Assembly: GCA_003614675.1 (NCBI GenBank) | Contig: ML002380.1 | Coordinates: 1 to 35,453 of the forward strand | Length of the DNA stretch: 35,453 nt | Reading direction: 5' to 3' | Source: Dimargaris cristalligena | Lineage: Eukaryota | In this document: positions 23,473-35,453 of the stretch, piece by piece | Position numbering within the stretch: the first letter of the stretch is position 1 | How the letters are laid out: every line of letters begins with the position of its first letter | Program-made: the position numbers and the translations under genes | Notes under the pieces: model-generated | The model's database searches: none | What the model was told of the DNA's origin: nothing | Seen by the model: only the letters and a program-made list of their open reading frames with translations

Positions 23473-23480
23473 CTTATATA
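23473..23480 (-). promoter_or_regulatory. TATA box of paralog B
   Basis: TATATAAG on the minus strand, offset 188 nt from the ATG at 23285. Confidence 0.6.
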
Positions 23481-25293
23481 ACCGACCCATTGTAATGACA
23501 CAACGCCCAGTGGCTTGGGATGGGTGTGCTAAACATGGCAGGTGCATTTGAGTGGGAAACTGCGTTGACATTTCCAATCTCTGTTGAATGAAAAGAAAAG
23601 CAAAAAAATGGTAGTATTGGGCTTCTCGATGGGACTATTGGGAATGCGATATGTAGGACGGGTGTAACATAATAGGGGACTATCAAACCGGTAAAACCAA
23701 CCATTATAATGGCAATGAAACACCATCTGGTCGACCCTCTGAGAGGCTATTATCGAAAAACTTAAGATATATTTCTATACTGGCCTAGTGAAAAAAAGCT
23801 CTGAAGTTACGATATTTTCAAAGTGGGGCTTCTTAAATTTAACTAGGGGAACAGTGGTGAACTAATTCGACCATGGCCATGATAAGGGACTGGATTTATC
23901 CACAAATGCATGTCCAAGCGAACAGCTGGTCTGGCCAACTTTTGTACACCATAATATAAACGACATATTACCTGGTCACAGAGAACGTTGAAAGAACTCT
24001 TGTAACACCATTTCATTTCAGCCAATATGTGCTGCAGTCTATATCATAAGGGCTACTTAACGAGTCTCCCCTCCCCCCCCCACGACATTATTTATTCCCG
24101 GATCCCATTTTGGTTTCCTACTGGCAAGTGGCGATTGATAATAGGATTATGGCCTACTCCATTATGAATGTATTTAGTAGGATGTGGCTAAGATGGAAAT
24201 TACATCGCTGTTAGTACTGGCGAGTGCGTTACATCGTCTCGAGTTATTTTACATGTAAACAGCTGCGATTCCCCCAAAGACTGCCCAAATTCACAGGGAT
24301 ATACCATAGAATTTCCTATGATACTATATGGAAGCTGAGCCAATGCTTTGGCGGCAAGGAATGCAGGAATCGTGTACATTTCGTCTATACAATATCCATA
24401 TCCTCGACGTTTGCTGGTATTATCTGTCTGTATCCAAATCCCAACAAGTAGGGTCACTGGTATAAACTAGAAATAGTCAATACGCATTTGAAATTGTTGA
24501 ATAGCATATCAACCCAGTGCCAGTGGAGGTGGAGTATCCTTGAGATTGTGCGGACGATGGTGGAGTTGGTGGTCAATTAGTAACCAGGTCATAAACCAGA
24601 TTCTACTAGATATAATGCCAATAATTAGCATCCGACAATCCAATACTTTGAATATTCAGGGAATGACCCGGTAGCCAGACCCTACTTGCCAATATTGATT
24701 TAAAATTCAAAATGAATATATTTATACAGGTACATTGTGGAATCGAAGTAGTGAGTAGAATTGGCGGGGATGAGCCATAAAGGCAAAAACCATGGTGAAC
24801 CCAGGACACTAGAGCTTGGGTATAGGCTATTGCCACTATTGCCCCGGCCTAAAAACGAGACGTAAAGGCATTGGAGGCTACACCTAAATACCAACATGGG
24901 CATTATCTTTAGCTAATGGGAATAACTAGCAGAGCAATAGAATTGTGGTCGAGCAAAAATATGAGTGGATTATACAGGTCAATTTGAGGGGAAACGAATA
25001 AACTGTGGCGTATGAAGAGAGTACAAATCGAGTCAAATGATCAGACAGCTGCCTAGTGGCGGGATATAGCCCAGTAAAACCGCACCTAGTACTTGGTAAG
25101 GGAAGGGTACCATGTGGTTGGATTCAAACTGGGCTGCGCACAGCACCAATGCGCTTATTGCAGGAAGCTAGGCGGCTATGGTGGGTGATAATAGAACTCT
25201 AGACAGGGGGGGGGTATAAGGCGTACTAAACCAAGAAAATTATGGTATTTTCTACGGGAGTCGGCGTCGGGGTAAGGAGGGTCGGGGGGCTAT

Positions 25294-25701
25294 TCAATTG
25301 CGGTTGCGAGAATCGGAAAACTTGTCTTCCCGGCGTTCCACCGCTCCCGCTTTAAGTTTGGCCAGCAGCTTCTTTCGGAGGGCATCCACCTGCATCTCAA
25401 TGGCCTCCTCGTCGACACCGTCATCCTCGAGTTCGTCCCGTAGTTCGAGACATTTGACCTCAATGTCCCGCTTCCGTTTATGGGCTTTCAGTTCGGCACT
25501 GACCGACTCGCGTTCCTGGAAACTCCTCTCTTTGCCCAAATTAGCAAAGGGGTTGTTGGCGTTGCGTTTAGCTGTGTCCTCGTCCAGTTCGACGCGTGGA
25601 CGGATGGGATCTTTGCGTTGCTTAAGGTGGCCCAGGTTGCGTACGACGAACCCATTGGTGCCCGAACCCCGGGCCGTACCGAGACCAATGCCGTTGTACA
25701 T
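25294..25701 (-). CDS. CWC21: Pre-mRNA splicing factor Cwc21 (SRRM2 N-terminal family), 135 aa
   Basis: Diagnostic N-terminus MYNGIGLGTARGSGTNGFVVRNL and cwf21 domain H.RKR.IEVKCLELRDELED.G..EE.I...VD.LRKKLL. Confidence 0.96.
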   Translation of the reverse strand: MYNGIGLGTARGSGTNGFVVRNLGHLKQRKDPIRPRVELDEDTAKRNANNPFANLGKERSFQERESVSAELKAHKRKRDIEVKCLELRDELEDDGVDEEAIEMQVDALRKKLLAKLKAGAVERREDKFSDSRNRN

Positions 25702-26252
25702 GGTGGGGATAAATTGGAGGGTGGTTGAAAGGAGAAAGTGGCGGTTGCGACGGGGGAAAGATTAAGAGGGGGAAATGTTATACAAATGTCGGTAGTAGGA
25801 TTTGAAATGAAAAAATGTGTTTAAATGGCTAAAGTAATGCAAGTAATAGGAAAAAAATAGTTCGATGAAGTTATCCACATTGTTCATTTAAGGTAAGGGT
25901 GAATTCCACCCTTTCATGTCTGCCCTTACTGGCTAGAACGACACTGCCCACCATACATGGATTGGAAGGGTAAGGCAATGGGAAACTAATTTCCCCTAGT
26001 GTATATTAATACTCCCATCGGTTGTTGCAAGGGGATGATTCAATTGGTCAGATTGTAGTAGGATGACCTAAAGCTAGGCATACTATACCTCATGGTTGGC
26101 TTGGACTTTGCCGAATTGGTAAGCATAAGCCCAAGCCACTGCTAGGCAAAAGAAAGAGAGCCATCACTGTCCCTACACGCACTGTAAGTACCAGACTATA
26201 CAAGTCAACTTTGGGTTGGGCTCCCGTCCGAACCTTCTCTCTCCCTCAATCG

Positions 26253-26727
26253 GTAATCAATTGTACCTAGTATACCGTCACATATACAGGTACTGTGTTC
26301 GATAGCCTACCTTAGCGTCTCGTCGTACCCCTTCGTCCGTCTACCGCTCGTTCGCCTACGCTTATCTTCAACGACCGACCACATTATCCATCCAACCGAA
26401 ATTGATTATATGCGCACGCCTCGCCAACGAATTCGGTGAAGACTTGCGGAACTCCGTGCCAGAGATGGATGGATGGATGGATGGATAGTCGCGTGGATGG
26501 ATGGAACGACGGGCGGACCTATCTATAACGGTTTCCGAAACCGCCAGCGGGCCCTTCGACTGAATGGAAGAACCCCCCCCTCCGTTCAAGGGCCCCCCAA
26601 CGACTGGTTTTAGAAACCCTGCCTCCTCGCCAATGCCACATTCACTAACCATCTCTTATTTTCCCCCATTGACTTACCTTGCATTACACTTCGACTGCTC
26701 CCCTTTTAACCCAAATTCGGCGTTTAG
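26253..26727 (+). other. Probable 5'-UTR intron of RPL6
   Basis: Candidate donors GTAATC at 26253 (after the pyrimidine tract ccttctctctccct) or GTACTG at 26290. Branch-like TTTAAC at ~26705, and a TTTAG acceptor ending at 26727, 9 nt before the ATG. Confidence 0.5.
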
Positions 26728-26736
26728 GTAGTTAAA

Positions 26737-27548
26737 ATGGCCACTTCCACTTTCCTGCGCCCCGGTATCCCCCTCAAGTCCCGCGGTCAGCGTTCTCACC
26801 GCCACTTCCCGGCCCCCGCTGAGGCCGTCGAAGTCAAGGCCAAGAGCACTACCGGCAACACCCGGACCGCCAAGCCCACCAAGCTGCGCACTTCCATCAC
26901 CCCCGGTACCGTCCTCATCCTGTTGGCCGGTCGCTTCCGTGGTAAGCGCGTCGTGTTCCTGAAGCAGCTCGAGGGTGGTCTGTTGCTCGTCACCGGCCCC
27001 TTCCGCGTCAACGGTGTGCCCCTGAAGCGCGTGGCCCAGTCCTACGTGCTGGCTACCTCCACCAAGATTGACATTTCCGGTGCTCAGGTAAATATCGGTG
27101 AATTTTATATATATGAAATTGCGATATATTGCATTGATTAGCGGCTATACCGTCACTCGACTTGTACTATCATATTCAATTCCGCGCCATTTATAGAAGT
27201 TGCTAACGGTTGGGACTTTCCGATAACTAATCTTCTTTCGCTGGTGTAAATCCATATATCAATTGTATTTGTCCCCGGATCTTGTTTCACCTTAATCTCC
27301 AGCTCCCCGAGGAACTTTCCGATGATCTGTTCAAGGGTCCCCGCAAGACCATCAAGCAGCTCAGCGAACAGAAGTTCTTCGGCGACAAGGTCGAGAAGGC
27401 CCCCCTCCCCGAGAGCTTCATTGCCCTCCAGAAGCAGGTCGACCAGGCCATCATCGCCGAGGTGTCCAAGACCCCTCTGATGACCAACTACCTGAAGAAC
27501 ACCTTCACCCTGAAGAAGGGTCAGGCTCCTCATCTCATGAAATTCTAA
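26737..27548 (+). CDS. RPL6: 60S ribosomal protein eL6, 198 aa; exons 26737-27087 and 27303-27548
   Basis: [51 protein letters not shown]...F.L and PHLMKF. GTAAAT donor at 27088 and CAG acceptor at 27300-27302, phase 0. Confidence 0.97.
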
Positions 27549-30472
27549 AGGGTGTCGTCAAGCCTTCCCTTATTCTCTTTCTTTGATTTGTTTTCATATT
27601 TCACCATTCCCTTTTCCCTTGTTGAGCGGTGATTAAGAAACACCACGTTCATCCCTCCCCCTTTCCACATTCCCCTCCTTGTTGTGGTTCGGCGTGTTTA
27701 AATTTGGGTTAACCAACTCGCCGGGCCCGTTCTCAATCGACACAAGTAATAAATACGGCTGTCTCAATACCGGGAATACCCTTTGGTGTCGATTGACAGC
27801 ATTGATTAGTAGCATTTTTTTTGGATTTTATAGAAGTTTACAGTGTATGGTCATGTTGGGAATAGCAAGGCTGGAAATGCCATTATAGTCTTAAAGAACA
27901 TTGAATTCAATGGACCATATATTTCAGAAATTCTGATTGATACTCTTGAAGGGTTATTTTGCCTATTGTCCCCCGAGGTCACAATTCAAAAGGCGCTGGT
28001 GGAATCTCAGTTGAAGTACTATTTATTGATTCTGGCCAGTAGAGTTATGGAAAGTATTCAGCCATACTAAATAATGAAGATTAGGGGGAGGTTTACGGTA
28101 GTCATGATAGACCCATTGTAGAGTCGGGTTCCAGAGAAAGCCGAGCAATTAATAAACCAGGTCAACGAAGTACATCCGGTGACCAAAGGTAAACGCTTCC
28201 TCTGATATGGCCGATGGATAACTACCATTGCATCAGCCTGAAGCCCATGTGTTACGTTTGGTTTGTTAGACGTAGCGAAACAGAATCTCGCGCGGAAATA
28301 GTATCGTAGGCCCGAGTATTTTACTGTTAACGTCTACCATATCCATAACAATATCGACATAGACTATAGTGACCCGGTAACTTTCGGCGGGTCGGCTGCG
28401 CCAGGCAAACATCATCACCCCTAAAAGTACATGTGTATGCATTAAGGTGTTTAAAACTGGAATTAGATGCCGGACCAAATGATGTCTAGCGGAACCTCGA
28501 CGAGGTGTATTATGAAGGATCCTTTGGGAATTTAAACTTACGGCCTACTTCCAATGGCACCCAAGGGCCGTCAAACGTTTGGGCGATCATGGTCATCGTT
28601 GAATCTGGGTGTTGCTGGTGGTAATAGAGGTGGTGGTCGTAGGAAATACTCCAAGATTAGGCAATGTTGAGTATGTAAGTGGTATAAAGTACTCGGTGGC
28701 GGATGCTTAAAGGTTTCAGGGACACCGGGACGCGGATTGTTCGTATATATATGACAGCGCACAGATATTTGGTCTGGCCCGGAGTAGTCCTCCATGGATC
28801 GTATTGAAGGGGCTTTTATTCACTATGTGGTATAAAAGAGGACCTGGGCGAAGGTTTCTGATACGATATTGATCAATAGTATTTGGGCCTAATGTTTTCG
28901 GAGTGTTGTTGGATCAACTAACAACTGCAGAAATAGCTACAAACCATCTGGTACTCAGTATTAACCTAATCTAGGTAAGATGGCGATGAACTGTTATATA
29001 AGCCATGATATAATATGGTAATCCAGTGGTATTATAAGAGTAGCTGATGCTGCGTCTGGTCATCTCAATAGTGAACCCACTCGGTTAGCAATCAGCTATT
29101 CATCACTGATAAATATTAAAATGAGTTGGCTGTCGAAGGCAAAATAAAAGTCGTTCTATCCGGATATTGGAAATGTGATGGATACTCCGAAGATGCCGCC
29201 AGGCCGAATCTAAAGCTTATCCATGCCGGGTCGGGAATAATGGGTAGTACCACTCAACCCTTTCTTTCTTCGATAACTTTCGCGATACCAACCATTTATC
29301 AAAATGGGCCAACCGACCTCTGCGAACAAGTATCAATCGCCTTCCCGAAGAATTGTTAAGTGAATGTATTATTATAAATTGACACGCGTTTTGTTAATGC
29401 TATCAAATATTTACAATCTGGTTTAATCGTCCAGCTACCAACTGACTAGTGGTTTGGATTCTAATACGCTTTCGTTGCATATTCGTTCGACTATTTGTTC
29501 AGGATAACAATCAATTGGGACCTACCAGTCTAACGGGTATGGGATACCGTCAGAACCTCACTTAAATCAATATATTAAACACCTGTGCTTCTCTTTTTAG
29601 CATCTAGGAATTACCCTTAGATGAGGAACTCCCGTGTAAAATGGTCATAAATAAAGTATGGATATCGCATAGTGTTTAGGGGATCTTATATCTAATAATT
29701 CACGCGATATCTCCAACCGTAAATATCTTGATGTTAAACGTTTCATCGAAAGCTGTTGGTCTTGAACCCTTAGTTTTAGTACAGTAAGGTGATGAGTGAT
29801 GAAATAACGGGGCTCTTTAAGATGCGGCCAATCTGATCAGAATTTTGTGGGGATACTAGCTGTGGACAAAACATCCCAAACAGGGTCAATTCAAAATAGC
29901 AATTGCTGGTATAGCAGTTCTGTGAAAGGAACCGTATAGTTCTAGGAATTCTAGTTGATGCACTATTACGTATATGTAAAATTTCGGTCAGGCCGTTTTG
30001 ATTGGATCGTAACGTGGGGGTTACACCTACACTCCTGGTGACTACTGAACCAATGCATGGAAGGATTACATCTAAAAATTCGCAGGGCCCCAATAGTCGT
30101 TTTTGTAAGATCAAAAACGACCTCATGGGCTTATATTATATTAATTGGATATGTGGTATACCATCACACCTAGTCTGCTAGGTCATTTTTTTTTTCACCC
30201 GCCAGACCTGGATCCGAATTGCCAAAACTACCAAAATATTTCCAGAGTATGGGTACGATTTACTACACTATCCACATGACCTATATTACCATAACACTTC
30301 GAATCTAATGTGGGCTCCTCTATAAACTAAGGGATAAATCTCCAACTGAATGTCTAAAAAAGCGCAATCCTATAAGGTTGCATTTATTGGGTTTATATCC
30401 TTAGTTACTAGTCGAAGTAGGTGAAAAGGCAAGCTAACAGGTGCCTGGGGCATCAGTCGATACAGCCCAAAC

Positions 30473-30862
30473 CTATGATTTGAGATGATCGATGCGGCAG
30501 TAGGTGAACACAATGTCGGCAATGTTGTGGGTAGTCACTCGCTGGTGTATGTCACGGAAGGTGACTTTCCGCTTTTCTTTGTCAATCACAAGGACTTTGG
30601 CCCTGATTTTACCTAAAGGGAACCCGTATGTCGAGTAATCGACCCACCCTAACCGCCAATGGGCCATCATTTATAATATAAGAATCAGCCGATGGAAATC
30701 AATCAATTGGTCGGTTGGGGTAATGTATAGTCTAAAGCGCAGTAACCCGTCCGACGACCAAACAAGATATTTGGATTTTGGCCTGGAAATCAACTTACTA
30801 TCTTCCTCCAAGACCTCCTCACAGAGGTTGAAATTTAAGGCTACCACTGAGTTGGACGACAT
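30473..30862 (-). pseudogene. Possible orphan gene interrupted by one in-frame TAA
   Basis: ORFs 30862-30671 and 30670-30473 abut in the same frame. The ATG is in a good context (AGCATGTCG), and minus-strand TATAAATA lies at 31057-31064. Confidence 0.35.
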
Positions 30863-32889
30863 GCTCGGGAATATTTAGGTGAGTGGAAGATTGGGTACGG
30901 TGATCGAACTTTAGCAGAGTTTATAATGAAAGTGGTGGGGGTTAGTAGCGGTTCTATAGTTACAATAGGAAGTGAATCAATGGAAAAGGGAGTCGGCTAA
31001 TGATGGGATAGGTGCTTAATAATTGTTTGCCAGCGGAGAGTGGCGAAGATCAGATATATTTATACTTAACTGAGCCATCAAGGCGGTATTCAACTAGAGA
31101 GCCGGCATGATGATTAAATGGTTATGATCGAATGGTCAACTCAGTGTATTTAGGTCCAGAAGTTGATGGTAGGAGTTGCTCGGCCATTCCTGTCGATCAA
31201 GGCCGCGTGGGTTTGCTGGTATAGTGAACCTATGACTGCGCGCAATAAACTCACGCTCTGTACACTCAGTGCCCATGGTGAAGTAGGTACTGTATCGGTA
31301 CTGAAGTGATGGGGTTGTCCCTAGATCCATCATCAATCACTCTGGCCAGCCTGGCATTGTCCACCAAATGGTACATCGAACCATTTTGAAATTCACATAG
31401 CCGGGCCTTTTGTATTGTTTGCCGAAGCCTGGGGGGTATCACGATGGTGATAAAGTGGATTAGCGAATTTTATTTTATCAAGATTCACGCTGTTACAAAC
31501 AGCGGAATCTGACACGTTGTGGTCAGGCGGTGGGCACATTAGGGCAACTGAATATAATACATTTTGAAATGGTCTAGAGAGTAGCCAGTGCCATATACAT
31601 GCGTCTAGAACGGTGGTCACCTCTGACTATAATCCCCGAACATGTGCTAGTTGAGTAACCTTAAGCCATATGTTGGGAAACTGTACTGACTATTGAAGGT
31701 ACTAGAGCAAAACACGGTCTAAAAATCCAATTAATTTGTTCTGCCGCTGGGGGGGGACTGAAGGATGCGATCTGACATTACCCATTTATCACCGGCAGCG
31801 TCATAAACCATTTGATAAATAAATGTAAGCATGCAGTAGCAAGTGTTCCTGGTTTCAGTTGTACTGGCGGATATAGCTAGGGAAGGGCGGATAGAGTTGG
31901 TGTCAATTGAGTAGCTTTCACTATACGCTCAGTACAAATGCAGTGTGCTTGGAAGTAAGGTAACTGTGCTGGTCTAGATGGGGATTATTCATGGCTAGAG
32001 TGTAGAAGGGGGACTCTGGGTGAATGAACCCTGGAAGAAGCAGCAACGGACTTCCGGGCAAAATGATGTATTTAGCCTGGGTGCAATGAACCGTCATGGA
32101 TACCACCGATGGAGGGGAACATCCATCTTGTTAGCACCAACGTGGCTCTTTGCCGTGTGCAGTATAAATGGTGGTGGTGGTATATCGTTTTAGGGCCAGT
32201 TTTTGCCCATACATTGTTTCCGTGGGGAATGGCTAAGGTGAGGAGGAGGCCTGGCCTAATAGATTTTATTTTCGCCAATTAAAACGGGGTAGTTAGAGGG
32301 TAAAATCACGTGACTGGTAACGTGCGCCAATATTGAAGCAAGTAGGGCATAAAAAAATATTTCAATGGGCTCATTGGTAGCGTTAAGGGGGTGCGTGGGG
32401 AGTTAGTGCGAGAGAATGAGAGAACACTTGCCTCTAATAATGGAGTTTACCACGCACTGGCTATACTAGAAATTTAGAGGAAAAAAAACTGTAAAATGAA
32501 GAAAAAAAGGCATTTATGGTAAGTCGCCCATGAAAGGATTATTGTAAGAGAGACAGCGAGAATAGGACTGTATATGCTCTCGCCAGCTGAGAAAGACTAC
32601 ACACCCTACCTAGTAGTCTGATTCCCTTACTACTACTGTTGCCTCTGTGATTACTTTTGTTCCTTGTTCGCCCTTGGGTTTTTTTTGGATTCTCTTCGAA
32701 GCCTCGGCCTGTGTTATATTCCTTCCCGCTCCCTAACGAACCTCTTACGCGTTACATTAAAAGCCCCCGGCTACTTTACTTACCTCGCCCCGCTATTCGT
32801 GACGATCTTCCGATACGACCACCGCTTTGCCGTTTTAGGCCTATTCCCCGCAAGGCCACACGCACATTCACACGACTCGTTTAGCCACT

Positions 32890-34622
32890 ATGGTAAGTCC
32901 TGGGACACACTACTCGTCTGTACACAAATAGGGGCGCATATACCCTCCGGATAACCAGCGGCCTAGAGGGTGTGCATATACCCTAACCGTATAACCAACG
33001 GCCTAGCCTAGCCTCGTGCTCTGTTCCGTATCACTGGATAATACACCCTAGCCATTATTGCTTCCACCATTTATTAACTCTACTCCTTACTCCTGCATCT
33101 ACTATCTCTCTTCGCTCCCCTTCAGTCGGCTTATGTCCTTTTTGAAGCCTCGTCGGGCTATGCCCTGTTCGAGCGCACTAATGTCGAAGAAATTGGCGCC
33201 AAGCTTGACGAAGTACAGTCCAGCACCTCGACCCCGGCCCTCTTCGGCCGCACCGTCCGCCTCGTCTCCTTCGTTCCCTTCAAGAGTGCCGCCGATGCCC
33301 TGGAAAACGCCAACGACGTTTCCGAAGGTGTGATGAGTGAAACCCTCAAGGCCTTTTTGGAAATGAATTTGAGCAAGCTGAAGAAGGCTAACTTCGAACT
33401 CGGCGTGGGCGAGCGTAACTTGGCCGGTTCCATCAAGCAGGCCCTGGGCTACAACTGCGTCACCGACGACATTGTGCTTGAAGTGATCCGTGGTATCCGG
33501 GCCCACTCCGAATCGCTGCTTGACTCCATGAAGGAGGGCGAACTCAACCAGGCCCAGCTCGGTCTCGGTCACAGCTACTCCCGCGCCAAGGTTAAGTTCA
33601 ACGTCCACCGGTCCGACAACATGATCATCCAGGCCATCGGTCTGCTGGACCAACTGGACAAGGACATCAACACTTTTGCCATGCGCGCCCGCGAATGGTA
33701 CTCGTGGCACTTCCCCGAAATGGGCAAGATTGTCAGCGACAATGCCCAGTTCGCCCGCTTGGCTGGTCTCATCCGCAACAAGTCGACCCTGACCGAAGCG
33801 AAGCTGGACGCCATTGAGGAAATCGTCGAGGACCCCATCAAGGCTCGCCAGATTTTCGATGCCTCCCGGTCCTCCATGGGTACCGATATCTCTGAAGTGG
33901 ATATGGTGAACATTGAGAACTTCACCGCCCGGCTCACGGCCCTGACCGAGTACCGCAAATCCCTGCACCAGTACCTGCTATCTAAGATGAACCACGTCGC
34001 CCCCAACCTCGGTGCCCTGATTGGTGAGATGGTCGGAGCCCGGCTCATTTCCCACGCCGGTAGCTTGACCAACCTGTCCAAGTTCCCCGCCAGCACCCTT
34101 CAGATTCTCGGTGCCGAGAAGGCCCTCTTCCGGGCCCTGAAGACCCGCGGCAAGACCCCCAAGTACGGTCTCATCTTCCACTCGTCGTTCATCGGCCGGG
34201 CTGGCGTCAAGAACAAGGGACGCATCTCCCGGTTCCTGGCCAACAAGTGTTCGATTGCTTCCCGTATCGATTGTTTCAGCGACAAGCCCACCACCAAATT
34301 CGGTGAGGCTCTGCGCAACCAGGTGGAGGGCCGCTTGGCCTTCTACGATTCCGGTGCGGCTCCCATGAAGAACTTGGACGTGATGATGTCCGTCATGGAC
34401 CAGCTGGAAAAGGAAGGCTCCGATAGCGACGAAGTGGCCATGGCGGTGGATGCCTCCGAGTCGAATACCAAGACCCCCAAGAAGCGGTCGTCGACTGAGG
34501 AAGAGGCGGCTACCCCAGCGGCCGAGAAGAGCGCGAAGAAGAGCAAGAAGGAAAAGAAGGAGAAGAAGGGCGACGAAACCCCCGCTTCGTCCAAGAAGAA
34601 GAGCAAGAAGAACAAAGAGTAG
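32890..34622 (+). CDS. NOP56: Box C/D snoRNP core protein Nop56, 499 aa; exons 32890-32892 (ATG) and 33126-34622
   Basis: ATG|GTAAGT ... TTCAG|SAYVLFEASSGYALF; LGLGHSYSRAKVKFNVHRSDNMIIQAI, REWYSWHFPE, STLQILGAEKALFRALK, KGRISRFLANKCSIASRID (Nop56 rather than Nop58 wording) and a KKE-rich tail. Confidence 0.97.
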
Positions 34623-35453
34623 ATTTTTTTATATACTATTTTATGTTTGCTTTCCCCTTCTCCAACGTGTACCCCACCCCTTCCTTCCACCCTGCTAGCT
34701 TTAACTCCCTTTGAGAGAGGCGTGGGTAATGTAATATGCGCCTTCGCTAATATTTCGATTTCGTTGGCCTGATTAACGCAACCTCTACCCTGGGTGCCTC
34801 TCTTTTCCTCCTCTTTACACACAAACACACCCCTCCTAGTGTTGGCTTCCGTATAGTTTACGCCTATTCATACATTTTTCATTATTTTCGTGTCATCAAT
34901 CATTTATATATTTCTACTATATATTGGTCCGGATTCATTTAGCAATCTATAAAAATTTTCTTTAAAAATCTAATTTTGGGCATGCGAGGGAGTATCTTAA
35001 TCGAGGATCTATGGGGAAATCCGTTTGCATGAAATGGTAGTATAGTTGATACATTGTACAATATGGAATTGGCAGACATGGCAACGGTCGTGTTCATTGA
35101 TGGAATGGGAAGTAGAGTTCGTCGCTACTATTTATTGCATTGCCGTTGGTCTGATTAGTAAAGGGATCCACTTATCTAAGCCAAGGCTGATGTTACCAGC
35201 GTTTGGTTCTTGGTGGTTAATGGTCATTAATTATCCTACGATGATTAAACTTGATAAAATAGTGGGTACATAAAAAAGCAGGATTAACCAAGAAAATGGA
35301 AATGCAAGCCGAACAGGATGAATTATATATAAGCCCAATTAGCTTAGATGGCTTGATTTGGTTAGTGTTGTTTTGTTAAAAATAGAGAGGGGGGAGTGAG
35401 TGACTAAAGTTGTCAGAATACCTAGCCGTCCTCACCGAACCCCAATATCAATT

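Noticed and set aside
25896..25914. Short inverted repeat AAGGGTG-AATTC-CACCCTT resembling the MITE left end
   Set aside because: Too short and no flanking duplication; cannot be supported as an element or footprint.
19982..30402. GTATCCTT/ATATCCTT words resembling U12-type 5' splice sites (~19982, ~24534, ~30395)
   Set aside because: None lies in a supported gene, and all introns resolved here are ordinary GT-AG.
1..35453. tRNA, rRNA, CRISPR array or prokaryotic-style operon/defence system
   Set aside because: No cloverleaf around the GTTCGA words, no rRNA-like tract and no regularly spaced repeats; the content is eukaryotic with spliceosomal introns.

Overview
Eukaryotic (fungal-type) genomic DNA with GT-AG introns of about 150-320 nt. 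An early-diverging fungus such as a zoopagomycote is my impression, not demonstrated. There are seven conserved housekeeping genes: ELP3 (+, intronless), PSF2 (-, 2 exons), RPB9 (-), CGR1 (+), CWC21 (-), RPL6 (+) and NOP56 (+, first coding exon is ATG alone). An 8-exon oxidosqualene cyclase carries lanosterol-synthase signature residues (ERG7, -). Between these lie accessory tracts of minus-strand orphan genes. The most notable non-routine structures are: (i) two tandem paralogs of an unrecognised ~400-aa secreted-type protein, both lesioned (one frameshift; two in-frame TAG stops), flanking a decayed LINE-like tract with 1.37 kb free of CpG; (ii) two copies of a 136-bp MITE with GGG...CCC ends and 4-bp target-site duplications, each just downstream of an orphan gene; (iii) a structured probable 5'-UTR intron in RPL6. 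All coordinates and alignments were worked out by eye; no database searches were run.
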